From NCBI GenBank assembly GCA_965223425.1, contig OZ245003.1, positions 1,696,001 to 1,760,000 on the forward strand: 64,000 bases of DNA, given 5' to 3'. The notes beneath the pieces were generated by a model. It did not search any database and was not told where the DNA came from. It saw nothing but the letters and a program-made list of their open reading frames with translations. This document shows, piece by piece, positions 41,960 to 53,546 of the stretch. Both the position numbers and the translations under genes were made by a program. Origin of the DNA: Nitrosopumilus sp. (GTDB taxonomy: Archaea > Thermoproteota > Nitrososphaeria > Nitrososphaerales > Nitrosopumilaceae). Numbering within the stretch: position 1 is the first letter of the stretch; every line of letters starts with the position of its first letter.

Positions 41960-42199
41960 TCTGTCGGATTAAAAATACCGTTAATTGAGATACTGCAAGT
42001 TTGAGATTAAATAATTTTACACAAAATGACTATTCGATCGTACCTAGCTTGAAAAAATTCTATTGGCTCAGCTGTTTTGTGAACCCACATCATGCCCATG
42101 ATTGAATGGTGGGAAATGTTCCGAGTTTGGAGCGTGCTTTACAGTGTTTTGTTGGAACAGTGGGTTGTCCGAGTTCCTTGTAAACCGCCCATATTTTGG

Positions 42200-42403
42200 T
42201 CAATAGCCAACACATGGCTTATTCTGATTCTTACATCCGAGATGTATTTCCATGTTGCGTGCGTTTGGCGGTAATTTTTTGTTGCACTTTATGCAGATTC
42301 CCTTACTCTTACGCCGTGCGGCCTCCTTGGTGCAGTCAGGACATATCTTTTTGGAAAGAACAACATTCTTCTTTTTTCCACAAGCCACACATTTAATGGA
42401 CAT
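42200..42403 (-). CDS. Small multi-CxxC zinc-finger protein
   Basis: CVAC, CPDC, CIKC. Confidence 0.6.
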   Translation of the reverse strand: MSIKCVACGKKKNVVLSKKICPDCTKEAARRKSKGICIKCNKKLPPNARNMEIHLGCKNQNKPCVGY

Positions 42404-42563
42404 GCAATATTGTATGAATTGTTATTTATTTAAATTATGTCACATGGTTCTGTGTAATCTTCGAGGGATGAAACATGGATCTTCTCCTGATTCACATCTA
42501 TGACTATACCACGATAATGTTACAGAACCCTGATAAGGAATGGCTCCAAAGTATTTCTAGAAG

Positions 42564-43433
42564 GTGTTAGTTGATTTGGAATGCAGTCACAACTATATAT
42601 TCACTCAAGGATGTTTTGAATGCACAAAGTGTGGTAAGTGCTCCTATGGCAGATCAAACAAGGGAAAACAATGGGGTGAAATTACAGCGGGAATAATTGT
42701 TGGTTTTGTTGTTGTGCTAGGAATTTTTGCCTATTCAAACGGAATACTTGAGATTAATCAAGAAAATCTAGAGCAGTCCTTACATAAAATATATGATTCT
42801 GTTCCTGTTGGTCTTTTAGATGATACAACAAATGCGATATCAGAAATCAAGATTCCAGAATCTGCTGAAAAAATAATTGATGACACTGCAGACACAATAT
42901 CCAAAATTGAAATCCCTGATGTGCCAGTCTCGCCACCCATAAGATTGGAATCCGGATTTGACAGTGCACTGATTGAAAAATATATTTTTGAACTTACAAA
43001 TGATGAACGACAACAAAGGGGATTTTCATCACTAACCAGGGTTTCTGCTATTGATTCTATTGCAAGAAATCATAGTTTGGATATGTCCAACAGAAATTAT
43101 TTCTCACATTATTCTCCTGAGGGAAATGACCCTACTGATAGAGGAAACATGGTAGGCTATACATGTAAAAAGGACTATGGCTCATATTATACCGAAGGAT
43201 TGGGAGAAAATATTTTTCTGAGCCCTACATATTCGTCTTACATGACTAAAGGCGCTACATTATCCTACAATTGGTTGGAAGATGAAGAAATAGTTGCAAA
43301 AGGACTCGTTGATGGTTGGATGGACAGTCCCGGACATCGAGAAAATATTCTAGATGGACAGTATGATAGAATTGGAGTAGGTGTTGTGATTAATTCTGAC
43401 GAGTATGTATATTCGACTCAAAACTTTTGTTGA
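42564..43433 (+). CDS. CAP/SCP domain membrane protein
   Basis: IFELTNDER, ARNHSLDM...YFSH, GENI, GWMDSPGHRENIL, TQNFC. Confidence 0.9.
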   Translation: MLVDLECSHNYIFTQGCFECTKCGKCSYGRSNKGKQWGEITAGIIVGFVVVLGIFAYSNGILEINQENLEQSLHKIYDSVPVGLLDDTTNAISEIKIPESAEKIIDDTADTISKIEIPDVPVSPPIRLESGFDSALIEKYIFELTNDERQQRGFSSLTRVSAIDSIARNHSLDMSNRNYFSHYSPEGNDPTDRGNMVGYTCKKDYGSYYTEGLGENIFLSPTYSSYMTKGATLSYNWLEDEEIVAKGLVDGWMDSPGHRENILDGQYDRIGVGVVINSDEYVYSTQNFC

Positions 43434-43439
43434 TGTAAA

Positions 43440-44072
43440 ATGTTGAGGCCATATCTTATTCAAATTCGATTAATGGGAGAACCGAAATATTTGGCCCGGC
43501 AGCTAATCTATGACTTATTTCACAAGTTTGGAGTCAGTGGACAGGTAAATAAAAGACCGGTTCCACATGTCACTCTGTTTGGTCCATTTGCATGCCGAAA
43601 TATTCGTAAAATAATTCATGATATCGGTGAGGTGGGTTCACAATATTCAGAATTGCCATATGATATTGATGGATTTGATTACTTTGAGTTGAAGAAAAAA
43701 TTTCTATTCATTACAACATCTACAAAGAAAAATGTCATTTATCTCAAAATTGTTCCTAGTGATGATCTAAAAGATTTTAGATATGATTTGGCAAAAAAAT
43801 TACTCAAATTCACTGATGCAGCAAAGGCATCACACAACTCTAAAAACAAATTCAGATTTCATGCAACTATTGCCATGAATGACATTCATTATAAATTTGA
43901 TAAGATTTGGGAGTATCTCAAAGGCTATGATATCAAAACTGAAGGAATGTGCTATAGAATTACTCTGCTAAAACGAGGCAAAATAATGTATGAATATGAG
44001 TTACAGACAAAGAGATTGCTTAATCGTAGGCAATCAATTGGTGGAAGAAGACCTGGAAGATTAAAAATTTGA
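43440..44072 (+). CDS. 2H phosphoesterase (2'-5' RNA ligase-like) family protein
   Basis: Two HxT motifs: PHVTL and FHATI. Confidence 0.8.
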   Translation: MLRPYLIQIRLMGEPKYLARQLIYDLFHKFGVSGQVNKRPVPHVTLFGPFACRNIRKIIHDIGEVGSQYSELPYDIDGFDYFELKKKFLFITTSTKKNVIYLKIVPSDDLKDFRYDLAKKLLKFTDAAKASHNSKNKFRFHATIAMNDIHYKFDKIWEYLKGYDIKTEGMCYRITLLKRGKIMYEYELQTKRLLNRRQSIGGRRPGRLKI

Positions 44073-44347
44073 TCATCCAAATTGTAATGTTGGTCTTAGA
44101 TGAGTTCTTTGAATTAATGAGGGGATCTTTGTGGAAATAGATAAAGTCACGCTGTCTGGTCGGTGCTCTCCGGGTTCGGTTTCTCCAGGGTTGATTTGTC
44201 ACATATTTGCATCTGTTTTTTGATTGCATCTGCCAGGGATTGCCTGCCATGCCTTGACAATTCATCCAGATACTTTTTGACTGCCAACATTACCGTTTTT
44301 CCTCATTTAGATTTGAAAATTAATATTGGCTGGAGGTCCTTTACTCA

Positions 44348-44971
44348 ATGATGACCCCTTCGTCTGATTTTGAAACTGATAAACAAAGATTAGCCGATTT
44401 ACTAGTGGAAACTAAAGCATTTCAATATTCACCAGAAAAACCATTTCAATTGGCATCTGGAGCAACCAGTCCATATTACTTTGATCTAAAATTACTAAAT
44501 GGACATCCAGAAGGAATCAATACAGTTGCCAAAGTATTCTATCATTTAATCAAACAATACCCTGATGTAGAAGCAGTTGGCGGTTTAGAATCCGGTTCAA
44601 TCTCGATTGCAACAGCAGTTTCACAATTAAGTTACTTTGAACATGAAAAAGATCCTTCAAATCCTTTAATCACATCATTCTTTGTGCGTAAGGCACCAAA
44701 GAAACATGGAACTCAAAAATTAATTGAAGGGAGAGTCAATTCCCCAGTAGTTATCATTGATGATGTAATCACTAGTGGAATGTCTGCAATAATTGCAGTA
44801 CGTGCAGTTGAAGAAATGGGATATGAGTGTAAATCTCTAATGTCTATAATTTTTAGAGGAACTAAAGAACATCGTCAAAATGTCGAAAAGGAAAGTACAT
44901 TACAGTATATCTTCCACAAAGATCAATTCATTGAAGAATTCAAAAAACAATTCAAAGAATTAACTGCATAA
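44348..44971 (+). CDS. pyrE: Orotate phosphoribosyltransferase-like protein
   Basis: FQLASGATSPYYFD, VRK.PK.HG, VIIDDVITSG. Confidence 0.8.
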   Translation: MMTPSSDFETDKQRLADLLVETKAFQYSPEKPFQLASGATSPYYFDLKLLNGHPEGINTVAKVFYHLIKQYPDVEAVGGLESGSISIATAVSQLSYFEHEKDPSNPLITSFFVRKAPKKHGTQKLIEGRVNSPVVIIDDVITSGMSAIIAVRAVEEMGYECKSLMSIIFRGTKEHRQNVEKESTLQYIFHKDQFIEEFKKQFKELTA

Positions 44972-45129
44972 TCGGTTCTGTTGCGTTAGTGGCTGTCAGC
45001 TAGAAATTTTATCCCTGTTGCGTGTCTAGTGTTTTTGAGGTATTTTGAATTATCGTCTTCCAGATTCTGCTGATCCGCTTCTGTATTCCACCATACGAAA
45101 TTGCTTCTCATGTGCAGGTTCAAACCGCC

Positions 45130-45168
45130 TACATGATCTCAGGCTTGGGACACATTTTGCTTAGCTGA
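45130..45168 (+). repeat. 39-bp direct repeat, second copy at 61716-61754
   Basis: TACATGATCTCAGGCTTGGGACACATTT(T/C)GCTTAGCTGA. Confidence 0.85.
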
Positions 45169-45359
45169 ACGCCAGGTGTTATCCAAATTGACTGATTTTG
45201 ATCAAATGAATAAACAAATTTTTACAGAGTTTGGATGATAAAATATGTGAAAAACATATGTACAAAATGCAATTTCATGAATTGAACATGGTGAAAAAAC
45301 GACATTAATTAAACGATTAATCAAAGACAATTAAATAAACTAGGAAACGGAGAAAAAAT

Positions 45360-45707
45360 ATGGCAATTTCCAAAGAGAACAAAGAATTCATTGACAGTTT
45401 AATTGAATATTACATTAGTGAATCAGAGTCATACAAGCAGATTGCAGAAAATTTTGTGGCAGAGGTGGAATCTGTTCCAGATACAGCATTTGGAATCATT
45501 ACAGGCTGTGTATATTCAGGTTTTTTGCAGGCATATCAAAATCAGCAACAGACTCCAAGTTTGGAAGATGTTCGAGAATTTAATGAAATAATAAAAGAAA
45601 ATGCCCCTAGGATCAAAAAATCAATAGTTGAGCCTGCCAATACACAAGAAACTCAAAAAGAGCCAGAAGACACATCTGACAAAGATCATCCTGAAGAAGA
45701 TCCATGA
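45360..45707 (+). CDS. Conserved hypothetical protein (Nitrosopumilus-type)
   Basis: DTAFGIITGCVYSGF; host-like composition. Confidence 0.75.
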   Translation: MAISKENKEFIDSLIEYYISESESYKQIAENFVAEVESVPDTAFGIITGCVYSGFLQAYQNQQQTPSLEDVREFNEIIKENAPRIKKSIVEPANTQETQKEPEDTSDKDHPEEDP

Positions 45708-46040
45708 TATTTTTGATGGAAGGATGCCCACTTGGAGCACCCCTCTGTTGGACGCTGGCATGCCATCGCAGATGTGGAATACGGGGCTGTTGACTTGCGA
45801 TATTAGAAAATAAGAATTTTCTACTAAAACACTTACGCAGAAATTATCACCAGAGCAATATCTGGTAAAACAGCAAATCAGTTACAGTTTAATGGCATTT
45901 ACAAGAGATGGCAAACATGAATGTGGATGGCAGTAAAATCATATTTGGTTTAGGAGTAGCTTCTGCTGTGGTGACTGCCATAGTTGCACTATATTTCTCG
46001 ATTCGTTAAAGATAAATCATCAAGAAAATATTAGAAACCA

Positions 46041-46361
46041 TTGTCAGCTGCAAATGAGTTTAAAGTTACACAAATGGTAGATAATGGCAAAATGATCCAA
46101 TTAACCCTAATTGAAAACGTTTCAACTGAGCCCATTTCACAAAAACAAATGATCATAGAAAATGTTGCAAAAAAACTGGATTCTGAAACCAAGGAACAGG
46201 TAATGCCGTTATTAGAGGCAATATTACAGGCCCAACCAACTGTAAATATCAAAACATATCAACAAACACAAATCACCATAGCAATGCCAAAATCAAGGTA
46301 TGACAGCATGGGGAAACCCCAAGTTGGAAATATAATTGCAGTAAATTTAAAAAAGTTCTAA
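46041..46361 (+). CDS. Hypothetical protein
   Basis: 106-aa ORF with host-like codon use. Confidence 0.65.
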   Translation: MSAANEFKVTQMVDNGKMIQLTLIENVSTEPISQKQMIIENVAKKLDSETKEQVMPLLEAILQAQPTVNIKTYQQTQITIAMPKSRYDSMGKPQVGNIIAVNLKKF

Positions 46362-48385
46362 AGATGCGAGTTTATCTCGTCCATGGTGCGTAATGGCAAT
46401 GAGCAAGAAAAATCCTTGCAGACAAAAACCGTAGTCTTATCTTCAAAAAGTTTTCCGGCAAAAAAAGGATATTCAGCCAACTTTTCTAGTTGATTAGAAC
46501 TTTGAATTGTAACCAAAAAAGAGTTGGGAGAATAGTTTGTTAGAAGAGATCTGCAAAGGCTGGAGTTTTCTGGATTGATTACAGTAATTTCTACAGGCTT
46601 TTGCAGGTAGATAGAAATGGTGTTAAGCAGATGGCCAAATCCAAATGGGTTTTCTGCTGCCATTTGTGCCTGAGATTCCATTATTTTTGTAGCAATTTCA
46701 AGGAAGCGTGACTCTTGGGACATGTGATACAATCGCAGCATGACAAAGGCAGAAACAGAGTTTCCAGAAGGCAAAGACAGGTCAAAGTTATTTTTTGGAC
46801 GAATGATTAGCTTTTCATGGTTGTCTGATGTCATAAAAAAACTAACGCTCTCCGAGTCCCAAAAGTGATCTACCAAGTGACGCCCAAGTCCTAATGCCAG
46901 TTTAAGATATTCAGGTTCAGGTTCAATCTCAAATACATCAAGTAGTGCATTTGCAAAATAAGAATAGTCCTCAAGGTATCCATCGATTTTTGCAACCCCA
47001 TTTTTGTAGGTTCGTAATAATCCCCCATTCACAGAGAGGTTCTTTTCGATAAAGTCAATGCAGTTTTTTGCAGCATCAAGATATCTCTGATCATTTGTTA
47101 CTCTGTAACCTTTTGCAAATGCTGTAATCATAAGAGAATTCCATGAAACTAAAATTTTATCATCTAATCCGGGAGAAATCCTCTCTGAGCGAATTTTTAA
47201 TAATTTTTCAGAGCATGTCTTTAAAATCTCTCGAACTTTGTCTTCTGAAATTCCAAAATTAAAAGCAACGGCAGAGATATTAAGATTATTACACAGGATG
47301 CTGTTTCCTTCCCAATTTCCCCCATCAGTGACATCATAGTAAAGACAAAACAGATCAGCGTCGCTGCCAAGAACTTCTTTGATTTCAGTTTTCTTCCAAA
47401 CATAGAATTTCCCTTCCACCCCCTCAGAATCTGCATCATATGCAGAATAGAATCCGCCTTCAGGGGACGTCATTTCACGTAAAACAAAATCAAGTGTTTT
47501 TTCTAACACATCAAGATAGAAAGGATCTTTTGTTATTTGATATGCCTCTACATAATTTACAGGAATTAGGGCATTATCATAAAGCATCTTTTCAAAATGA
47601 GGGACAAGCCATTTTGCATCAGTGGAATATCTGTGAAAGCCACCTCCAATTTGATCAAATATTCCGCCTTTTGCCATTTTATTGAGAGTTTTGAGCGCAA
47701 ACTCGTTGAATTTGGAAAGTCCTGAAAGTTGGGCATAGCGAAACAAAAAAGAGACATTTGCCGCATTGGGAAACTTGGGAGCAGAGCCAAATCCGCCAAA
47801 AGTTGAATCGCCTAGTTGAAACAGATTCATGGCAGCCTCGTCAAGAATCGTTCTTTCTAATTTTGACGGGGCCCTGACGGATTCTGCTTTTTGCAATGTG
47901 CTAAGAAAATTCCCAGCTGATTCTTCAACATCTTTTGGTTTTTCTTTCCATGCTTGTGATAATTGCCTGCAAATACTTCCAAAACCAGGACGTCCATAAG
48001 AATCCAGTACCGGAAAATATGTTCCAGCATAGAATGGTTTTTGATCTGGAGTAAGAAAGATACTCAAAGGCCAACCGCCCTGACCTGTTGCTGTTTGGCA
48101 GACTTTTTGATAAATATCATCAATATCAGGCCTTTCCTCCCTGTCAACTTTGATGTTCACGAAATTCTCATTCATGAATTTGGCAACCTCGTCGTTTTCA
48201 AACGACTCATGTGCCATCACATGGCACCAATGGCAGGAGCTATACCCAACACTTAGAAAAATTGGTTTATTTTCATCTTTAGCTTTTTTTAACGCCTCGC
48301 TATTCCAAGCATGCCATTGTACAGGATTATGTGCATGTTGAAGCAAGTATGGACTTGTTTCATTAATGAGATTGTTTTCTACCAC
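46358..48385 (-). CDS. Thioredoxin-domain YyaL/SPATA20 family protein
   Basis: [42 protein letters not shown]. Confidence 0.95.
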   Translation of the reverse strand: MVENNLINETSPYLLQHAHNPVQWHAWNSEALKKAKDENKPIFLSVGYSSCHWCHVMAHESFENDEVAKFMNENFVNIKVDREERPDIDDIYQKVCQTATGQGGWPLSIFLTPDQKPFYAGTYFPVLDSYGRPGFGSICRQLSQAWKEKPKDVEESAGNFLSTLQKAESVRAPSKLERTILDEAAMNLFQLGDSTFGGFGSAPKFPNAANVSFLFRYAQLSGLSKFNEFALKTLNKMAKGGIFDQIGGGFHRYSTDAKWLVPHFEKMLYDNALIPVNYVEAYQITKDPFYLDVLEKTLDFVLREMTSPEGGFYSAYDADSEGVEGKFYVWKKTEIKEVLGSDADLFCLYYDVTDGGNWEGNSILCNNLNISAVAFNFGISEDKVREILKTCSEKLLKIRSERISPGLDDKILVSWNSLMITAFAKGYRVTNDQRYLDAAKNCIDFIEKNLSVNGGLLRTYKNGVAKIDGYLEDYSYFANALLDVFEIEPEPEYLKLALGLGRHLVDHFWDSESVSFFMTSDNHEKLIIRPKNNFDLSLPSGNSVSAFVMLRLYHMSQESRFLEIATKIMESQAQMAAENPFGFGHLLNTISIYLQKPVEITVINPENSSLCRSLLTNYSPNSFLVTIQSSNQLEKLAEYPFFAGKLFEDKTTVFVCKDFSCSLPLRTMDEINSHL

Positions 48386-48428
48386 GATTAATCAAATTCC
48401 TTAGAATATTTGTACTTGATTGAGCAAA

Positions 48429-48662
48429 TCAACTCCAGATTCCCTTTCCTTCAGTTAATTCGTAAATTCTGACATTGATTTTTCCAAGCAACTTGACTTT
48501 TGATTTGTGAGCTTTTTTGTCATGACTGTAATCCTTTTTTTCGACTAACTCCTGCAATCTCTTTAACTGTTCTAGGGAGAGCTTTTTGAATTCATGTTTT
48601 GAGCTTGTGATAAGCTGCAGTAGTTTTACCCGTTCACGATCTTCGCCTGCAGTTTTATCCAT
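48429..48662 (-). CDS. Hypothetical protein
   Basis: 77-aa ORF. Confidence 0.65.
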   Translation of the reverse strand: MDKTAGEDRERVKLLQLITSSKHEFKKLSLEQLKRLQELVEKKDYSHDKKAHKSKVKLLGKINVRIYELTEGKGIWS

Positions 48663-48735
48663 GAAATCATATAGGAATGGCCCTTTATTTTTCTAGTGAA
48701 CAAATCTTAAAATTTCGTGGTTGGTTTTGGAAATT

Positions 48736-49770
48736 ATGGAAAAAATGCGAGCAATGGTGCTTTCTGAGTGTGCTGCCATTGAAACAAAGCCACTCAAACT
48801 CACCGAGGTAGACAGGCACAAAATTCAAAGACCAAATGAGATTTTGCTGAAAATTGAGGCATGTGGTGTTTGTCATTCACAGCTTCATGGGATAGAGGGG
48901 GATTGGAAAGACATAGGGATTCCGCCAACTCTTCCAACGATTCCAGGTCACGAAGTGGTTGGAAAAGTAGTCCAAATCGGAGACAGTGTTGCAAAATTCA
49001 AGGTTGGGGACAGGGCAGGAATAACGCCACTTTTAGAGGCATGCAAAGACTGTCAATACTGCAAAGAAGGAAAAGAGTATCTTTGTGAATCATCAGTAAT
49101 TCTAGGAGAGTCCTTCAAAGGCGGATACGCAGAATACGTTACGGTGACAGAAGATTTTGCAACCAAAGTTCCAGAAAGTATGAAACCCGAATATGCCGCA
49201 CCATTGTTTTGTGCTGGAATCACAGCATACAAGGCAGTCAAAGCTGCAGAACCAGAATCTCATAAAAAAATCGGAATTTTTGGAATTGGCGGTGTTGGCC
49301 ACATGGCAGTACAGTTTGCCAAAGTAGAAGGTTGCAAGGTGATTGCACTTTCTCGAAGTCAAAATCATCTTGATGTGGCAAAGAGGCTAGGTGCAGTGGA
49401 TGCAATGGCCTTTTCTCAAAACCAAGAGGAATTTTTGAACAAATTAAAAGAAAAACACGGACTCTTAGATGCAGCGGTTGTTTTTGCACCAGCAGACGTT
49501 GTAACTGATACTGCAATAAAATCAGTAAAAAAAGGCGGAATGGTTGTGATTGCAACAGTTGGAGAAAACCCAGCATTTATGGCATTTGAAGAAAAGACTA
49601 TCAGAGGCACGCTAATTGGTTCAACAAAAGATATGGAGCAAGTAATCAAGATATGTGGTGAAAAAAATATCGAGGTGATTTCTGAGACGTTTCCGTTAGA
49701 AAGTGCAAACGAAGTACTCAAAAAATTAAAAGATTCGGAAATTCAAGCCAGAGGGGTTTTGATTCCTTGA
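48736..49770 (+). CDS. Zinc-dependent alcohol dehydrogenase
   Basis: CGVCH, GHEVVG, C..C..C.......C, GIGGVG. Confidence 0.92.
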   Translation: MEKMRAMVLSECAAIETKPLKLTEVDRHKIQRPNEILLKIEACGVCHSQLHGIEGDWKDIGIPPTLPTIPGHEVVGKVVQIGDSVAKFKVGDRAGITPLLEACKDCQYCKEGKEYLCESSVILGESFKGGYAEYVTVTEDFATKVPESMKPEYAAPLFCAGITAYKAVKAAEPESHKKIGIFGIGGVGHMAVQFAKVEGCKVIALSRSQNHLDVAKRLGAVDAMAFSQNQEEFLNKLKEKHGLLDAAVVFAPADVVTDTAIKSVKKGGMVVIATVGENPAFMAFEEKTIRGTLIGSTKDMEQVIKICGEKNIEVISETFPLESANEVLKKLKDSEIQARGVLIP

Positions 49771-49807
49771 CTTTTGGCTTAAATATTAGGAAAATAGGTT
49801 TTGTGCT

Positions 49808-49960
49808 ATGAATTGCAAACGATGCCATCACACAGATGAGGCACACATCTCAAATGATAATAGTAATTCAATAATTAAGGCAGGAAAATGTCAAATTCCA
49901 ACCTGCACATGCCAGCAGTATTTAGATCCGATTCAAGAAATTGATGAAGAGTTATTGTAA
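49808..49960 (+). CDS. 50-aa Cys/His microprotein (not in ORF track)
   Basis: MNCKRCHH...H...CQIPTCTCQQY. Confidence 0.6.
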   Translation: MNCKRCHHTDEAHISNDNSNSIIKAGKCQIPTCTCQQYLDPIQEIDEELL

Positions 49961-49992
49961 CGATTCATATACCAAAATCTTTTCGGATAATT

Positions 49993-50226
49993 ATGGGCAA
50001 ACACAAGCCATCAGATGAAATGATAAAAGAACTAGACAACATATTATCAAAACTCAATGCTATGGAGATCGTTTCATCAGATGACTATCAAAAAAATTCA
50101 ATTAAAGTTATGAGGGCATTAGTAGAAGGACAAATACACTCAGTTAACGAATTCCAGCATTTGAAAAAAGCAATAGATTTGTTAACTTTGCAGTTATTTG
50201 ACGTTCAAAACAAAGTTAAGAGTTAA
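49993..50226 (+). CDS. Hypothetical protein
   Basis: 77-aa helical ORF. Confidence 0.65.
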   Translation: MGKHKPSDEMIKELDNILSKLNAMEIVSSDDYQKNSIKVMRALVEGQIHSVNEFQHLKKAIDLLTLQLFDVQNKVKS

Positions 50227-50716
50227 GCTTAGTGTCACTCATTCCACAACCAGTACAGCGAAAAAGAGTAGATTTTTCAAGAACTTTTTCGGGTTTCATC
50301 TCAGCCCCACAGCAAGGACACGGAAATTTTTCTGAATCCAAACTTGGTTCTTCTGTTTTTCGAACAGCATAATCAGGTTCTACTTTAGGGGCATCTGCAG
50401 TATTACATGGGGGCTTGTAATGGGTCAAAACTCTGTTAAGAATATTTTTTCTGGAACCGTTACTTGAGTCAAACATTGGCAATATTGCAAGATGCAAGGA
50501 TTTTTCAGGACCGGAGTGTTGAGCCCAGCATTTGAAGAGAGGGTGTTGAGCAAAAAAGGACTTGTCATTAGTCTTTTCACAATCACCGACATAGACAATA
50601 TTGAACCTGTCCTTGTCTCTGGCCATGATCAAATACACAAGTTTTTCCATGGGAGGTCCCCACTCATCAAGAGGGATAGGTCCGAGAAACTCGTATTGAA
50701 GAATCTGAATGCCCAT
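50216..50716 (-). CDS. GIY-YIG-like fold protein with C-terminal Zn ribbon
   Basis: VYLI...IVYVG...YKPPCN; CPCC...CTGC. Confidence 0.6.
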   Translation of the reverse strand: MGIQILQYEFLGPIPLDEWGPPMEKLVYLIMARDKDRFNIVYVGDCEKTNDKSFFAQHPLFKCWAQHSGPEKSLHLAILPMFDSSNGSRKNILNRVLTHYKPPCNTADAPKVEPDYAVRKTEEPSLDSEKFPCPCCGAEMKPEKVLEKSTLFRCTGCGMSDTKLNS

Positions 50717-50878
50717 GAGAGTATTTTTGAGCACTATCTTTTCTTTATTTCCCAAAAAATCATGCTAATATCGTATTTTGATCGCAAAATCCAAGTATAA
50801 AGCCATCCTCCCCTAGGTGATTTTGTACAAATCCAAACTTGAAAAGATTAAATTCAAGAGCTATGGATTTTTCGTTAA

Positions 50879-51127
50879 ATGAAAGAGCCCCACAATTATG
50901 CAAAAGTCGGGTATTCCATGATTGTAGTTTCTGCAAGTCTTGCAGCAATCGGACTATTGGCATTGGCAATTAGTGATGATGTGCTTTTTTCAGACAACAT
51001 ACAAAGAGAAAACACTGCTCATTTCAATGAATGCAAAGAAAACGATTTCAAAACAGATGGTTGTGAAAAATACTGGGATAGAATTAACAATAAAATCTCA
51101 GGAATTTATGTAGATCTTGACAAATAA
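50879..51127 (+). CDS. Small membrane protein
   Basis: One TM helix. Confidence 0.65.
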   Translation: MKEPHNYAKVGYSMIVVSASLAAIGLLALAISDDVLFSDNIQRENTAHFNECKENDFKTDGCEKYWDRINNKISGIYVDLDK

Positions 51128-51129
51128 TT

Positions 51130-51816
51130 TCAAAGTCCATTGGCAAAGTCTTCTATCATATTTTGATTTTTTGTTAGCCTATTCATGGCATAAAATGCCC
51201 CACCAACAATTCCTGCCTGATAAAAGGTATACAAGAAAACACCTGAGAATGTTGGATCTGATCTGGTAAAACTTAGAGCAAGCATGGTAAAGAATACAAA
51301 CGTTCCAACAAAGGTCACCATTCTGTTTAAAAATCCAAAATTCATTCCAACAATTCTTTTAGTTGCTGCTGCCATCAATGTAATACTGGTAATTATGAGA
51401 AAAGTTGCACCGCCATTTGCTGTAATGAAATTATTTAACCAAACCAAAAGCCCGTCTTCCAATAGTGGGGTAGCAGGCATTATACTGCCCCCATTTATGG
51501 CAAAATTTACGGAGCTGAACATGCCGCCAATTACAAAAAAGAATAAAAAGATTTTTACAATTTTTCTTTTAAACGCACTACGAATTTCTGTGGGTTTTAC
51601 TGCCCGTTCTGTAATTCTAACTCCATAAAGAAATCCCACCGCCATGGCAGGAATAAACATGATGTTGATTAGAATTGGAGACTCTTTATTGACAGCCTCA
51701 ATTTGAGGATGAAAGACCAGAAATACGATTAGCGCAAGGGTAGCTGCAGACCCAAATAGTATCAAGCCCAGATGTCGGTATCCAGCTGGCTCGTAGACAT
51801 TGCCCCAATTCTGCAT
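51130..51816 (-). CDS. Multi-pass membrane protein
   Basis: About six hydrophobic helices. Confidence 0.75.
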   Translation of the reverse strand: MQNWGNVYEPAGYRHLGLILFGSAATLALIVFLVFHPQIEAVNKESPILINIMFIPAMAVGFLYGVRITERAVKPTEIRSAFKRKIVKIFLFFFVIGGMFSSVNFAINGGSIMPATPLLEDGLLVWLNNFITANGGATFLIITSITLMAAATKRIVGMNFGFLNRMVTFVGTFVFFTMLALSFTRSDPTFSGVFLYTFYQAGIVGGAFYAMNRLTKNQNMIEDFANGL

Positions 51817-51919
51817 TTTATTGACTCTTGGGAAAATCATTAAAGACTAAATCAAAAAATCATTTGGTCAAATGGTATAGAGATTTTACCCTTTTTAGTA
51901 GAAATAAAGTAAACTGTTC

Positions 51920-52138
51920 ATGAGAAGAGGCACTCCGTTAATCATCATAGGCAGCATAATCATGGTTTTTGGCCTGGTCTTTCAGTTTCAGGGCCAGTCA
52001 GCAATAGGGCCCGAATCCTCCTTTATGTATGCCAATCCAGAATGGATTACACGCGGAATTCAAATTGCAATAGCGGGCATCATCGTAGCCACTGCAGGCA
52101 TAGCAATCAGTACAATTAGAAAAAATGTAACTGTATAG
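51920..52138 (+). CDS. Small 2-TM membrane protein
   Basis: FQGQ..IGPESSFMY.NPEW. Confidence 0.7.
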   Translation: MRRGTPLIIIGSIIMVFGLVFQFQGQSAIGPESSFMYANPEWITRGIQIAIAGIIVATAGIAISTIRKNVTV

Positions 52139-52171
52139 AGTTATGAAGCGGTTCTGAGATATTCTAGCATG

Positions 52172-53545
52172 TCAGTAGTTCCCAGATGTAGGTTTGTGCC
52201 CAGATGTAGGTTTGTGCCCAGATGCCGGTGCGTTACCGCATAACTGCAATGCAAAGATCCAGATTAGGCTACGGCGTGCAAGACGTCATGAAAGTCGAAT
52301 TACAAGACGATCTGATCGCACACCAGTACAATATAACATCAAACCGGTTTAAAATCCTGCGCTCGTCGTTTCAAAAGCTTGGCATGCCAATGTCTGAGAG
52401 GCACAACGCCGTATACGGATGCGGCGACATACTGGACGTGCCAATCAGGGCGTCTGAGAGAAACACGTTTGTAGAATCCCCCGTACGGCGCAGCAGGCTT
52501 CAAGACACGGGTGCACGTACGCCTGATGCAGGCCTGGTCATGTCTGCAGTCCGTGGCGTCGAACCGGCAGACGTGCAGGGCTGGTGTGCAAGGACGCTGG
52601 CACGCACGGTGCGGCACGCCCGCCATACAGGAATGCTGCAGGACATCGACGCCATTGCAATAGACGTTACGGACATACCATACTTGGAGAGCAGCTGCAG
52701 GAGCATACAGAAAAGTCGCGTCCAAAGGCAGGAACATCCACGTTTCTCTCGTATGTCGCAGTGCACGGAGTCGGCAGGGACTCCTCGCAGATTGTCCCAG
52801 AGTCGAAGCTGCTGCCGGCAAAGGAAAAACTGGCCGATTTTATAGCCAAAACACGCACGAAAATCCCCAGAGGGGGGGGAGCACACTCAAAGACCGTGTT
52901 CCTGTACGACCGCGCCTTTTACAGCGCTGACTGCATGACAGAGGCAGGAAGGGGCGGGTGCCGCTACATCATGCCTGTCATCATGAACTCCAAGATCAGG
53001 AGGATAGTCAAGATGTACAAGGACGGAAAGGCAAGCCAGGTATCGCAGCAGTCAATGACCAACAAAGACGGCGCAACTGTGACCTACAACCTTGTAATTG
53101 TCAAAAGAGACAGGAAGAAGAAGAAGAAAAAGGGGGAGGGGGAAGAGGAGGAAGAGGAGCAATACATTGCGTTTGCAACAAACATTCCCATCAGGAGCGC
53201 CAGAGCCATGACAGGCATCATACCGGAGCAGTACCGCAAGATGGGGCATCGAGACGGGGTTTCGCGTCATAAAGGAGATCATGGGCAGGACATGCAGCAA
53301 CTCCCTGTCTGTGAGGCTGCTGATGTTTTACATGCCGCTGCTGCTGTACAACCTGTGGAGGATTGCCAGGTTCTGCCTTGATGCGGGAAAGAGGCATGGA
53401 AGAGTGTCTTCTGCGGGAAAAAAACTCACCATGGCGTTGTTTATCGTGTACATTACAAGCAGAAACGAGTTGTTTGTCAATGATCGAGGCAAGTAGAACC
53501 GATGCCAGTTGCGGTTGCGGTAAATCTACATCTGGGAACTACTGA
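52172..53545 (+). mobile_element. ISH3-like insertion sequence with frameshifted transposase
   Basis: TIRs TCAGTAGTTCCCAGATGTAG / CTACATCTGGGAACTACTGA; CATG target duplication (52168-52171, 53546-53549); AIDVTDIPY, DRAFYS, IETGFR motifs spread over three frames. Confidence 0.85.
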
Positions 53546-53546
53546 C

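Noticed and set aside
45130-45168. C/D box sRNA
   Set aside because: Ends in CTGA but box C is imperfect (ATGATCT), it is short, and no C'/D' boxes are evident.
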